Below, piece by piece: positions 1 through 13,383 of a DNA stretch of 64,000 nt (within the stretch, counting starts at the first letter, position 1; every line of letters starts with the position of its first letter). The notes below the pieces were generated by a model. It did not search any database. It was not told the origin of the DNA and saw nothing but the letters and a program-made list of their open reading frames with translations. A program made the translations under genes and the position numbers. Source of the stretch: the human T2T-CHM13v2.0 reference genome, Homo sapiens; assembly GCF_009914755.1 (NCBI RefSeq), contig NC_060931.1, one strand, 5' to 3'.

Positions 1-767
1 AAAGAGAGCCCCTGTTCTGACACCACTTCCTCTGGGGGGCTCAGGGCTCCACCGGGGCGGGAGACCCTGGAATCCTCATCTGGTGCCAGGGAGGAGCTGC
101 AGCCCATGTTTAATTCACAGCCCTGACCCTAGGCCCCCACTTCAAGCCTTGTTCTTTGCCTTCCCTGAGAGCCTCATTAATCAATCAGCTCTGAACAAAT
201 GTGACAAGCACAAATGGGAGGGACAACATGGAATCAATCTGCCCAGGCTGGGCCTGTCCCTCACCAGCATGGAGCCTCTGCCCACTCCTGTCTTTCCCAG
301 GGCAGCTTGCCCCCAACAACAGGCAGCTCTGGGGAGACCCGGTAGGGCAGAGTTGGGGAGGCAGTGGTCCAGGGTCAGAGATCGGCCATGTGAGCATCCC
401 TGCTCCAGCTCAGTGGCCTCCTCCACTGACCCGCCAAGCCAGTGGTGCAGGCTGAACTTAACCACATGTTCTGCTGCTGTCCTGGCCTGCCCCTCCCCAC
501 CCTCTCTGCAGCTGTTCCTTGCCCAGGATGAGGGTGACTCTTGGGGGCTAACCTGGGGCTGAGACAGAAGGGCTGTAACAGTCAATGCCAAGGGCAATGG
601 AGGGAGATCCCATCCCCCTCTTCCCATAACACACCCACCATCCCATGCCCCTTCCTCTGACTCTCTCCTGCCTGCAGGTTGCTTTGATCCCCCCACATCT
701 GTCCTGAGTTCTCCTTATCTAGCCAGGAGGAAGAAGTGCCACTCAGCTGTGCCTCCGGGATGCTCAC

Positions 768-921
768 CATTCTCTGTGATGATCCGGGGCACCTCCTTGG
801 CTGCAGGGGAGTAGCACTGGATCTGATTGCCCACGACCAGCCCATCCATCTCTGACAGGTCCTCAAAGGTGCAGTTGACGCCAGCTGACAGCTCCGGGAC
901 ATTGTACGTCTCCAGGACCAG
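768..921 (-). CDS. PLXNA4: Plexin-A4 internal coding exon (154 bp, probably exon 7): LVLETYNVPELSAGVNCTFEDLSEMDGLVVGNQIQCYSPAAKEVPRIITEN(G), Ig-like/TIG region
   Basis: Contained in ORF 715..1170(-). Acceptor ttcacag|CTG at 922-923 after a pyrimidine-rich tract and donor AATG|GTGAGC at 766-767. Peptide recognised as class A plexin (PLXNA4). Confidence 0.97.
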
Positions 922-1662
922 CTGTGAACAGCCAGGCGGGGGGAGAGAAGGAGGAGGGTGAAATGGGAAAAGGACAGGTATGGAATAAAAAAAGAAAGTG
1001 GGAGAGTGAGAGAGATCACAGGGAAAGCAAAGACAAGCAAGAGGCAATATTAACATGGAGAAGAGACTCAGGTTATTAGGAGAGTGGCACAGAGGCCGTG
1101 GTGAGATGCAAAGAGACAGAGACAAAAGAAACCTCATTAGGATGGAAATGGATTTGGCCCCAGGAAACAAGAATGCTTAAGGGATTTGCGTGGTGCCATT
1201 TTGATCAGGACTGAGGCATGGCTGATGGAGCACCTCTTCCATTAGGCCCAATTTTGGAAAAATAGAAACACCAACCACCAAGTGCTCAGTGCTGGAACTT
1301 GGAAGTCACCTGTGCCCCTTTCTCTCTCTGTACATGCATCTTTCCCATTTTATAGTTGAAGATATCATTCCCAACACCCTTTGTCATTCTTTGTCACCCT
1401 TTGGTCATTTTTGGTGATGGTGCTCCCTGTCTTTCTACTCTTTATGAATAGAGCCTCTTCCCCAATAGTCCTGTCCCTGTCTCCTTCTTGCATCCCCCCG
1501 TAGACACTTAATTCTTTGATATCCTGCACCCTTCTCTTGAGCTGCTTCTGCTGGCCGGGCTTGGCCCAGTCCTCCAGAGGGGCCTTGGGCTAAGGCACTT
1601 TTTAGTGAGGGGAGAGTTTTCCTTGCATCCCTGGACCCCACCCCAACCCCCACGACCCTTAC

Positions 1663-1786
1663 CAGCACGTTGTACTGAGAGACGGAGATATTGTTGGGAT
1701 GGACCGTCAGCCGGACACACTGCTTCATCTCCGAGGCAAACCTGCGGGGCTCCTTGGACCGCTCACACCGCTCCTTCCGGGTGCAA
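1663..1786 (-). CDS. PLXNA4: Plexin-A4 internal coding exon (124 bp, probably exon 6): (T)CTRKERCERSKEPRRFASEMKQCVRLTVHPNNISVSQYNVL
   Basis: Overlaps ORF 1435..1728(-). Acceptor ttcccag|TTGC at 1787-1788 and donor CTG|GTAAGG at 1661-1662. Phase 2 to 0, in frame with both neighbours. Completes the PSI-1 cysteines. Confidence 0.97.
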
Positions 1787-4454
1787 CTGGGAAGGACATA
1801 CCCTCGAGTTACTCAGGAGATGGCCGCTTGGTCCAGGGAGGGGCGGATGCTGAGGTCAGGTGTTTCCAGCAGCTCCCAGGATGTGTCCAAACTCAATGCG
1901 CCCAGAGCTAACCTTTTTGTGTCCTTCCTCAAGCCTGGTCCTCCTCCATCATTCCCAAATTTAGAAAAGATGGCAATTTCAATCACCTCTTGCCAAAGGC
2001 AGAAACTTGAGAGTCATCCTAACTCCCCTCATCCTCTCCAAACTCACATAAGGTGTTGCACAGTTCTGTCTATTCACCCTCTCTGCACATCCTTAGCCCT
2101 TGCCATTCTCTTCTCCTCCTTAGGCAACCAGAGATTTGTTTTCTTCATATAGAAAATATACCTCCTTGGCTTTGAACATGCCAGTTCTTCTGCTGGACTT
2201 CCTTTTCCTCACTTCTCCACCTGTCCAGTTCCTACTTTTTCTTCCAGCCATGGCTCAAGATGCACCTGCAATCTCTCCTGCCCACCCTAGGCAAAGTGAA
2301 GAGCTTCCTCCTATGATCTCATAGCACCTCGGAGTCTCCTACTTTAATAAGTCTGGAATTTCTTAGATTGTATGACAATTATTGGGCTAAGTGCAGTCCT
2401 CTCCTGCCAAGTAGGAGCTTTTCAAAAAAAGCAGCTATGTTCCATTTATTTTAGAATCCCCTCATGTAGGCAGGTGGGAGAGAGGGAAGGAAGGATCAAA
2501 GGAGCTAAGAACTGTAGTTAAAAGCTTGCTCTGGATCAGAATCCTGGCTCTAAGGTTTGCTGTTACTCTTCAGTGCTCTGTGCTGTGTAAAGTGTATGGT
2601 GTCACAAGTGGACCATGTCCAGTGTGACCTGGGATCTTGCAGTCCTAGCTGATGAAGGTTTGTGAAAGATGCATGTAAAAAACATGGAACTCTCCTGAAA
2701 TGCAGGCATCACTTGAGGTCACTGCATGGAGGCATCTGAATTTCAGGGAGCAGTATTTAATCCAAGTCAGGTGAACTTTGTGGACATGGGGCTTCACCAA
2801 GTGGTCATGATTTGGAAACTCTGGACTACAGATTCTGTTGTGGGGTGGGGGCAAGCAGGGTCCTCAGGAGGGACAAGACAAGAGGAGATGAGACAGCAGG
2901 GAAATCACTCCAGAGTTGCTGATCTCTTTTGATTAAAGAGAAAAGATTTTGCAGAGGAAGGAAGATGTCAGGAGCTGTTGCAGGGCAGGAGAGAGCCCCA
3001 GGCAAGGAGTTTATTAGGACACAGAACAGCCAGGGATAGGGAATCTACATGGGGAGGGAGCCTTGGGGAGGGAGCCTTGGAGAGGGAACGACTGTCTCAG
3101 GAAGCAGACAGGTGTGGTGTGGGGCAAGGAGATGAGGGAAGGGGGTACCTGGACACCCTGAGCTGCTATTGGGGTAACTCAGGCTTAGGGAAAGCTATGG
3201 GGGTTTCTCCTCCTAACCTTTGGCCACAGCAAGAGGGGCAGCCTGGGTGGAGAGCCTGAGAGGAGAATCTAGCAAATGAAGGAGAAATCATTGAAGGCCA
3301 TGGACTGAAGCTGTCCCTCTAAGGATGGGATAAATGGAGGAACACAGGGACAGAACAAAGGACTTCAGAGTAGATTGGATGTGCAATGCGAAAGTAAAAA
3401 ACACCCCTGAACAGTACATTCATGGCTGCGAGGTACAAGTGCTTATTAATAGGCACATGATATGGAGTTTACATTGTCTAGCGTTTAAGTCTCATAACAA
3501 TGCTGCAACAAACCCCACCTTGTCAGGATGTGTTGGGACAAAGACGCACCCTGCGGCCTGTAGAGCCTACGGAGCTCTACCTCCTGAAGCTTCCAGACTG
3601 AGGAGTAAGGGGCAGACCCCTTGCTGCAGACTAAGCTGGTTCTTCTCGCCATCCTGATGCCCCCTTCATATCCTTAGGGCAATTCAAACATTTTCCCCTC
3701 AATCTTTCTGTCTAGGCTAATCGCTATTTTTGCCTGGCACTGGGAAGCACTTTGAGTGTTATTGCAACTTGTTGGACGAAGATAAATTCTCCAGGGTGCT
3801 TCTAGAAAACCCCCTCCCAGGAGTGAAGGATCAGGCATGAGTGTGGTCACCCCCGTGGCACTTCCTTGCTGCTCCAGCTGACCGATGGCAACAAGAGCGT
3901 CTGCCTAAAAGACTTGGAAGTTAATTTACCAGGCCAGCTCCTCTGCGAGGACTCCATTACCTTCAGCCATTAAGCTAATGTTATGGACTTTTCCAGAGTG
4001 TCTGCACTGACATCGCTATTAATAGTGTTATTACTCCCATTAACAGCAGACCCAGAGAGCTGGTACGGGCTTAAATTATTCACTGACTCCCCAACTTTGA
4101 AGTTCCTATTTCTAAGAGCAATCAGTAGGTCTGAAAAATGTCTTTGATTAAATTATGAAGAGAGCGAAAAGCAGAGCTGTTTCCAGGCCAAACATCACCT
4201 GGAGTTACCAAATAGAGATTCAGATAGAAAAGACAGGACTCTATCTCTCTTCCAGGGGTAGGGAGGAAGAGGTGGCACACAGGTGTTTGCTCGGGGGATC
4301 TCAGGACAAATTCTACCTGCATTGCTTGCTGCTTCCAAAGTTCATGGGGTTGCATCTTGCCACTGCTCCTGAAAGCCCCAAAGAAACTACTCATCATCTT
4401 CCCCCAATTTTAGGTTTTATAGGGAAGCCACCTGTAATTTACAATTTTAAACAT

Positions 4455-4640
4455 CACTGTATAATCTTGGGCAAATTACTTAACTTCTTGGTGCCTCAGC
4501 TTTCTCATCTATACATTGGGGACAAAACAGTACCTACCTAATACGGTTATTATGAGGATTAAATGAGATTATGTGAGTAAAGCATTAAGGACAGGACATA
4601 GCTCATAGTAAGCCCTCATAAATGTTAGCTAGTATTATCA
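4455..4640 (+). mobile_element. MIR SINE
   Basis: MIR core: ttgggcaaattacttaacttcttggtgcctcagctttctcatctata...gaggattaaatgaga...taaatgttagct. Confidence 0.85.
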
Positions 4641-4705
4641 TCTTATCCTTTCTCTGACATCCTCATTTGACCTCTCCAAACTGTAGCTGATGCAGAACCA
4701 CAGAT

Positions 4706-5041
<336 letters not shown>

Positions 5042-7910
5042 CAGAACCACACATCTTCTCCATGACTGGCCCTTGGGGCAAATCAAAGACAAAAGAAAGG
5101 CACGGCTGCAGCAGTTTTCCTCCTAATAAAGGAGAAGGACAACCCAGAGGCCAGGAGGGAGAAAAGAGCGAAAGAATGGTCTGGATCATAGCTCTGTTTT
5201 CTTACTAGTTGTCAAAGGGTATTGAGAACTCAGCTATCTTAGTGGAAAGTCAAGTGTAAGGTCAGAGCCAGGGATGTTTTGACATTTCTACTATCCTCCA
5301 GGATTCATGAGGGTGGAGGCTACAAATGTCCAAAAGCACAGACAATTGACCTTAAATGTGATAGGATAATGGAAGGCGAGGCACGAATTCCTGCTGGTTT
5401 CTTGTGGGGTCTGTCAAGGGAATGGTCTTCTGCTTTTCTAGGACTGCAATTCCCAACAGCCCAGACTAGATCTGGGAACCAGAGCAAAATGTTAATTCAC
5501 GACCTGAGAGGCAGGGGTAGTGGCTTAGATGTTTCATTCCAAGAGGCCTCAGGTACTCCTAAAGCATGTCCCTCAGCTCCACTGTACAGGCCCCTTGACA
5601 TGAAGGAATCCCCTGCTTCATCCATTTCCCAGGTAGGAAAACTAGAGCTGAAAACGGATTCAGACAGTGCATATACTGTGTGACTTGGAGTTTTCTGACA
5701 TTCTTCTCTGCATGCCAGTGTCACCCCCGCCCCAAATGCAAACCTTCAGATGGCCAGCAGGAAGCCGACCCCAAGAGGACACACCAGACCCCTAGAGCTG
5801 GAGTCCCTCCCTGCTAACCTCTTCTGACCTCTCTTCCTCATTCCACTTCTCTGCATTTCATCTTCTCCAGCCTCAGATCAAAGGTGCAAAAAGCCCTTGG
5901 GGAGAAAGGCTCTAGGGCCCCTGGAAGGGGTTATTATTCAAGCCAGTGGTTCCAATGAGATTATCCTCTCTAATGAAGCAGCTACCTCCGCCCTCCCCTA
6001 AGCCTGAACTTTCACTGCTGGAGAATTCCCAGCCAAGTGGAAAATTAGAAGGGAGAGGAATGAAGGAAGGAAGGGGGTGAGGGAGAGGGAGAGAGGTGGT
6101 GATTAAGTCCTCTAGAAATTAATTCCCAAATACAGCGATAGAAATATTAACTCCCGGTGCCGCTGGCCAGGCAAACAAATTTCAATTTGGAAACAGGGCT
6201 ATCTGTGAGTCCAGCCTGAGTGAACCGCCAAGCTTGGAGGGGCTGTTGCTGATCCATCTCCCTGGGCTCTCTAGCATGTGTTTACCAGGCTTAGGCATCA
6301 GAACTTGCTCCCTACTTCTCCCTGCAGATGATCCCCAATCCTTAACATTTCACATTTGCCATGACCTATGCTTAAGGTGCACCATCTGTGCTTAGAATTG
6401 AGAAGATTGAAAAAGAAAGGGGGTAAGGATGAGGGCCTTCCCCAGCAGACCTAATAGAAAAGTTAAGATAATTTAGAATGCCTACTCACCTAGGAGATTA
6501 TTGGAAGCTTTGGTCATTGTCATCACATCTGGGGACCCTGACAAGGGAAGAGACTAGAATTCCTAATTCATTATCCTTGTCCTCCTTAAGAATGACCACA
6601 GTAATGGATAGATGCATATGTGTGGCTTGGAGGAAGTGGAGTAGCTAGTATAGGATCCTTCCTAGGCAGGTGGGTGTGTAAGAGGTTTCTTATATGTAGG
6701 GGTAGATCAGATGAGTCCTTTCAATGTTACAATTCTAGGATCCAATGACTGATACCATGGTCTCAAGGAAGTTGAAGTATTTGGGTTGTGCCATGTAATA
6801 CTTAGGATGAATCCCAAGATAGGAAGCCCAAGGTTCTACTGTAATTTTCCCTCTGCCATCAGTTGCTGGCAACTGGGCCCATGGTCCTTTGCCATCTCTA
6901 AAGATCCAAAATTAACCTAAGAAGCAGCTGAATCAGATTTACCCATGCATCCCCTACAGAAGGAGGGCATAGGACTTAGCAGAAACCAGCAGGTTCAGGG
7001 GTTGAGTGGAGACCCAAGAACCTTTCTGGGCTTATATAGCAACCAAGGCAACCTGTCCCACCATAATCAGCTCAGATGCTGGGCTTGCAGCCTTCATTGA
7101 GAAGCCATGTTCTGCCCTGGGTCCCTGACTGGATTCTGACCTTGGTAGCCATGCTTTGAATGAACAATCTATTGAACAAAACCTTAGGTGAGAGGTAAAA
7201 AGGACCTGTAAATGTTCGTTTTTTTCCAGATGATCCCAAACCAAACCAAATTACATGTAGCAGCTGCCAAAAGAGAAAGTGAAGTGGGCTTGTCTTTCTC
7301 TTTTCTTCATCAGTGGCTAGCTCTATTAGGGCCTATTAATTTTCTACTAAGGTTGAGGAGAGGTTAGGAAAGAACAGGTGTGGAGCAGAGCAGGAGTGGA
7401 GGGAGGGAGAGGGAGGGAACGGCAGGAGAAGGGAAAAAGGAGGAGGAGACAGCAAAGGCATCGCCACAGGTGAATCCATTCTCTTTCTAATCCAGTCGGT
7501 AACAAGGAGAATGCTGCCTATTACCTGAGACACATTCCAACAATGACTCCAGTTGATTCTCATCAACTTTACACTATACTTTATCCAACAGCCTGGTGTC
7601 TTCATGTCCATTAACGTCACCAAGTCCAGTAGGCTTGGTGCAGGGGAGCACTTTGCTCTGTGCAGGCTGGGCTGCTCCATCCTATGTGGCCCAGTGCAGC
7701 ATGATTGAATGAAGTGTGTGAATGCTGGAATATGGGTGTGTATGTCTGGAGTGAAGCCTCAGAGGTAGGCCAGCTCCTCTGGTTGTCCACAGGTATCCAA
7801 GTCAATAGACTGGGAGGGACATTGAGAGCTTGAGCAGACCACAGGGCTTTTCTAATTTATATGGGAAGATGGCATTTTTGACTTACCATTCTCTGGTCAT
7901 GAAGCATGTG

Positions 7911-7913
<3 letters not shown>

Positions 7914-7952
<39 letters not shown>
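7914..7952. repeat. (TG)16 microsatellite with short imperfect extension
   Basis: Read directly from the sequence. Confidence 0.97.
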
Positions 7953-7954
<2 letters not shown>

Positions 7955-10359
7955 TGGGGGCTTGGCGGGGGGCAGGGTTAAAAAAGAAAAGGCCCATTTC
8001 CTTAAGTCATACTATGTCTCTGCTAAGCCATTGGAGAGGAAAATTCCAATGTACTAGTATCTGATCTAGTCTGGGACTCATTTCTTTGGAACAGAGGCTG
8101 ATAGCTTTTTGGCAAAGAGTCAAGGAAAATCTCCTTGCACAGACTGCAAAGAGTTTGCTGGGTGGAAGTGGACACCAACCATTCCTCATGACTGTGTAGG
8201 CCTTGTGCAAGCAGCCCTAGGAGAGATCAGTGACCAGCAGATTAGTGTTAAGTAGCCCTTGAATATAGGTTTAAAAAATGAGATAGCAAGGCTGTGGGAT
8301 GTGCCTCAGTGAAGCAAGGCAGGGCTTGCATTTTGCAATCAGCTTGTGTGTCATTAAGTGGACATTGGCATGGCTGGTTGAAGCCTTCCAAGGGGAGGAA
8401 GACTTCCCAACAGTGGGCTGGCTCCAGCACCAGCCACAGCCCTCCAGTCCTGGGGAGGAGAGGAATGGAAGGGGAGGGGGACCAGGAGGAGGCACTGGGA
8501 TCCAACTCCAGCCTCTGCTCCCACAGTCGAGGCCCTTTGGGCCACTTCAGGCATGAGGACCTGCTGCATTGTAGGCCCAGCGAGGGGCTTCATGCAGGTC
8601 CCCTCCCTTAATTTTCATAGCATGGCTATGAAATTAGAGCTGAAGAAACTAAACCCAGACTGGGTCTGTTCTTAGACAGGTCCTCAGTTGTAACTAAGTT
8701 GTAACTCATCTCTTCTGCTCTGAAAAGCAGTGTCTTTCTTGTCTTTCCACTTGCCATCTTGGAAGAAACCATATAGAAAAGAATAGGAGTGACTCTTGAA
8801 AAGTAACCCCTGCCAACCTATCCAGAGGAGGGCATTCTTCCAACAGAAGAAATCTGGGAAGAGGCAGGGTCGTGAGGGGGTGAAAGGGAGACTTTATGAA
8901 AGCTGATCTTATCCTTCCCCTGTGATGTCTTGGGTTACATGAGCCTCCCAGGAGTGATGCTGATGACTTTTCTTAAGAAAGGTAACGCCTGGGCCAATCG
9001 ATGCGGCTGGGTCTGCTGGGCAGGATCCCATTACCTGCTGAGACTGAGACAGGCTTCTTTGCCTGGGCACGAAGCCATGGGAGGGGAAGATGGAGAGGGG
9101 GCTGGGGACCTGCCAAGCCTGGTCACTGGAGAAAATGTTTCTGGCCCAGGACAGGAGATAGCTGTGATAGGGCGAAGGCAGGGTGGGCTTGTACGCTTTC
9201 CTTTACCTTCACCCAAGTCAGAATGAGTCAGCTCAGGAACAAGGAATAAAGGCTCAAAACTCAGGGCCACCTCAATACTTAGCATTGCTGAAGCTGTCAT
9301 TGCCATCAGAGATGGGCAAGCCTGTGGGCCAGGGTCAGGGGCTGCAAAAGAGAGCAACTGAGTGACCCTGTGTGCTACCAGGTTGGCAGGCGAGTGCTTC
9401 ATGACAATTGAGAGTAGCAGGAGAGAGGATTTAAATTACACGAGCCTTTCTTAAGCATGTTTTGTGCAACCCACCTGGGACTTTGCTGCTACAAACAGCC
9501 CATTCAGCCACATGAGCCACCTGTTTACAGAGGCCCTGACCTTGCACTGCTCAATCACATGTGCTGACTCTCAACCCCTCTCTCTGCCTTTTCCTTCTTC
9601 CTCTCTTGCTGTCTCTGTCTGTCTCTGTCTCTCATACACCCATCTGCTGCCCTTCTCTTCCACAATGCTACCACCACCTCACTCCCTCCAACCATGGGGA
9701 AAGTTGGCAAAAGTGACTGAGAAAATGGACTTCTCTTGACACCTCAAGGAACTCTTTTCCTGCCGTCCTGGTCTTCCTGAGTGAAGATCAGGCTTGTTGA
9801 GGCCACTTAGCAAGCAACCGAGTCACTTGGCACAGGGTCTTGCCCATGGTGGGGGCCTAACAAATGCATTGATTCTAGTAAACTCCCACTGTGAATCCAA
9901 GGCCTGGTTCCCCAAAATCTTTAGGGCAGAGATGACCTAACAGAGTCGCCTTCATATCACTGAGCCTGGCACACTGCTGGGCACGAAGGGAGAAGGGCAG
10001 GTCTGAGAGATCTACGGACAAATTTGTGAGTGTGGACACAGCACTCCTTGGAAGCAATTAAACCTCCCACTCTTGCCACCTGTCTCCCTTCCTAGAAAAT
10101 GGATGCCCTTCAGAGCAAGCATCCATAGGCTCTCTCTGGCTGCCGTCAACCTCCTGTACTGAACTGCCAGCCCCCAGCCTTCTCCTTTCTCTCCTGCTGA
10201 GCCCACTTCCTCATGTGTCTCTCCAAGCCATGGATGTCCAGTTTACTCTTAAGAAAAGTGAAAGGGAGGGCAGATCAGGAGGAGCAATATCTGGCTTTGA
10301 CCTGAACCTGAGGAACTAGGGAAGAAAGGCCCACTGGGAAGAAGGAGAGAGCTCTCTGG

Positions 10360-10495
10360 ATAAAGAAAGTGTTCTATATCTTGATAGACATGTGGATTAC
10401 AAGCGTGTTTGTCTTTGTCAAAGCTTTCAAGCTGTACACTTAAGATCTGTGCATCTCATTCCATCTACATTTAAAATTGTACCTTTATTAAAAAT
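10360..10495 (+). mobile_element. Old L1M (L1ME-like) 3' end fragment
   Basis: gttctatatcttgat...tttgtcaaagc...ctgtacacttaagatctgtgcat...tattaaaaa resembles old L1M 3' termini. Confidence 0.7.
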
Positions 10496-10573
10496 ATCTT
10501 AGAAATCCAGGGACCTACTCTACTTATCCAGGACCGGATTTTAGAACCTGGATTTCAGGACCTCAGAAATCCA

Positions 10574-10766
10574 TACCTGAGGGATTTCAGACTTTCCCTT
10601 AAGGAACTCAAGGACTCATTATGCCTCAGACTGCCACTCAGAGATGGGGAGGGTGCCTGCTCTTGTATCAAGGATGTATTCGAGTTTAAGAGGGTATTTT
10701 TAGCTTTTAGAGGCACTCTTCGCAAGGGAGTGGGGGAAGACAAGATTTTACCCCCACCTTCTTATA
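10574..10766 (+). repeat. Dispersed direct duplication, copy 1 (partner 13221-13383)
   Basis: Manual alignment about 86% identical over 163 aligned bp, plus a 30 bp indel. Confidence 0.93.
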
Positions 10767-11111
10767 GTTGCCAGGGGGCTCTCCTTGGTCATAACTCTGA
10801 GAGGGAGGGAGGATGGATTTACTGAGTGCCTCAGCGGGCAGGCAGCCTTGGCCTATGGGGGCTCTTGAGCTTTGTCCTGGAAGAGTTGGGCTTTACCAGA
10901 CACATTGGCACAAATTTATACCTGTGTCTGCCTTCCTCAGGTCACGGACATAACCAGGAGGCTCAAGGTTACGAATGACAGCACCTTGCCCTGACAGAGC
11001 ATCTTGGAATTCTGTAACATCCTATATCAATCACCTCTTTTTATCCTCGTGCCATCACTGTGAGAAGGTACCGTTCTCCCTCTTTGAAACAAGGATGCCA
11101 AGTTTCTGACA

Positions 11112-11717
11112 TACGGAGTTATCGTGGAATCTATTTGCAAATTCAAGTAACTGCTAACGTTTATTTGTGACAAAAATCGGTACCCGTGGACACGTACAGG
11201 GCAGTGAAAAATTTGAGTGATCTGGCACGCACACTCCCAGCTGAGGTGGGATAAGGCAGCCTCAGCTTCTTGTTTTAGCTCTCGCTCTATGAACAAGTGT
11301 CCTCTTCAAGCCCTATTTCATGCCACATTTTTCTCATTTTGCAGGTGATTTTGCCGCTTAAAATAGTCCCCGAATGTAGTGCTGAAGGTCTGTCTAGTGA
11401 TCCTGAGTGCAAGAAGGCCATGGTGTGCCTTATGGAGAAAATAGCTGTGTTGGATAAGCCTTGTTCAGGTATGTGTTATAGTGCTGTTGGCAGTGAGGTC
11501 AAGCTTAATGAATCTATTATATATATTAAGTAAAATGTCTTTAAACAGAAACACACACAAAACAAGGTTATAGATGGATTTGTTGATGAAAATGTGACCA
11601 GAGGCTCCCAGGAACCTAACCCTGTATTTCTCCTAGGAGCAATGGCTTGGTATTCACTAACTCCGTGTTCCAGCGACTTTATGGAACATATCTACCATGT
11701 GCAATGAGAACTGACTG
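11112..11717 (-). mobile_element. TcMar-Tigger non-autonomous DNA transposon (MER82-like)
   Basis: Recalled consensus motifs gtgaccagaggctcccaggaacctaaccctgtatttctcctaggagcaatgg and terminal aatgagaactgactg. Confidence 0.75.
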
Positions 11718-13220
11718 CACTTGTTTAAAGCCCCACAACAAGTTTCCAAGGCATGTGAACTTGAGTCCACTGATTTCCACTCCAGTAATCTTCCCAGTGT
11801 CCCCCAGTGCTTCAATGCGCTGGCTCCACTGTGGCTCCTTGAGCAACGAGGTGCCAGCAGCAGCAGCAGACAATGATGACCACAAAGACAACAACACTTG
11901 CACAGCCCCTGCCTTCTGAGAGCCTGTGCTTAACAAGGGCTGGTGCTACATGGAAACACGAATAAGATATACAAGTGTCAGAATAAAACATGGTGCCAGA
12001 CTAAAGGGGTGAGGAGGATCTAGCAGGAGTACCTGCCACTTAGACAAAGGCTGGGAACCCCCCAGGAAGAGAAGCATGCAGTTACAGTAGAGCCATCTGG
12101 AAAATCACCAGGGATCAACAGAGTCACAAGAGGGGGGGGGGCACCCATGAGCTCACAGTCCTTCCCCAGCCTTGTCAACATTCCTGCCCCACCCTACACT
12201 ACATTTCCCAGTGATCCACAGCTCACCAGTCATTGGTCCTCATACCATCTCATTTGATTCCCCAGTGACTCAGTGAGGCAGGGGAGACAGGCATCACCAT
12301 GTCCAATTCACAGAGGAAGAGCTGGGATGAGGAGTCTGCACTTGGGGGCAGGCGCCCAAAATTCATGTCCATGGCTGTTTTTATGCCATGCTGAGACTGG
12401 AGCAGCTGGCTTCCCCGTGCAGGCTGAGGGCCCCCTTCATGAACTGCCCAGACTTCACCTTGGCCTCCATCCACCCCTGTTTTCTTCCACTTGACAGGAG
12501 GCAGGTATGATGTTACAGAAGGGTAAACTGAGGCCATAAAGGAAGTACTGTCTTGTGCCTCCTCCTCTCATGTCTGCTTACCTTGCAGCCCTGGGGGTGG
12601 GAGGTGGGGGTTCTCACAGTCTCTCTGGTGCCTTCTCCAAGCCTTGGAGCCCCTCTGTTCACAGGGCTCCGTGCTCTGTGGGGCTGGGACAGCATTGTGG
12701 GCAGAGACCAAAGCTGACATGGAAATTGCCACTGGGCATGGAGTGTCAGGGAGGGACCAGATTTTCCGATTGCCTTTGAATTATGCCAGGTAGGAAAGCC
12801 CCATGCCAGGATCGCAGAGCTATCCTCAGCCAAGCAGAAAACAGGGTAGTCAAGGCCCCCAAGTAAGGCAATGAGTTTAGAGTACAGTCCCTTCCTCAGA
12901 GGCCTCACTGGGTGACACAAAGAAAACTGCCCCCTGTCTGCCTGGCAAGGTATCATTCAGGGAACAATTCTGGCCTGATCTGAGCCAATCTGCATTCTGA
13001 ATGCAACCTCTGCCATCCTCTTCTATGCTGGCCACTCCTAGGCTCCCCTGCTCTGTTAGCATGCAACCTTTCTATACACTTGAGTGCACAGTTTCTGATC
13101 TGTCTGTGAGTTATGTATGTTTCAGACAAGACTGGGCACGTTCAGGGTGGCACGGCCATAGACTGAGTTATGTATACTTCAGTGTAGCTCAGTGGTTCTT
13201 GACTTTTTTCCACTGTAACC

Positions 13221-13383
13221 TACCTGAGGAATTTCAGACCTTCCCCTAAGGAACTCAAGGACTCACTATGCCTGAGACTGCCACCCAGAGATGTATTCGA
13301 GTTTAAGAGGGTGTTTCCGAATTTTAAGGGCACTCTTTGCAAAGGGGAGGGGAGAAGACAAGATCCTGCCCCACCTTCTTATA
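13221..13383 (+). repeat. Dispersed direct duplication, copy 2 (partner 10574-10766)
   Basis: Shares taaggaactcaaggactca, gatgtattcgagtttaagagggt and ccccaccttcttata with copy 1. Confidence 0.93.

Noticed and set aside
10768-10782. CTCF-like TGCCAGGGGGCTC
   Set aside because: It mismatches the 5' part of the consensus, and partial matches like this are common.
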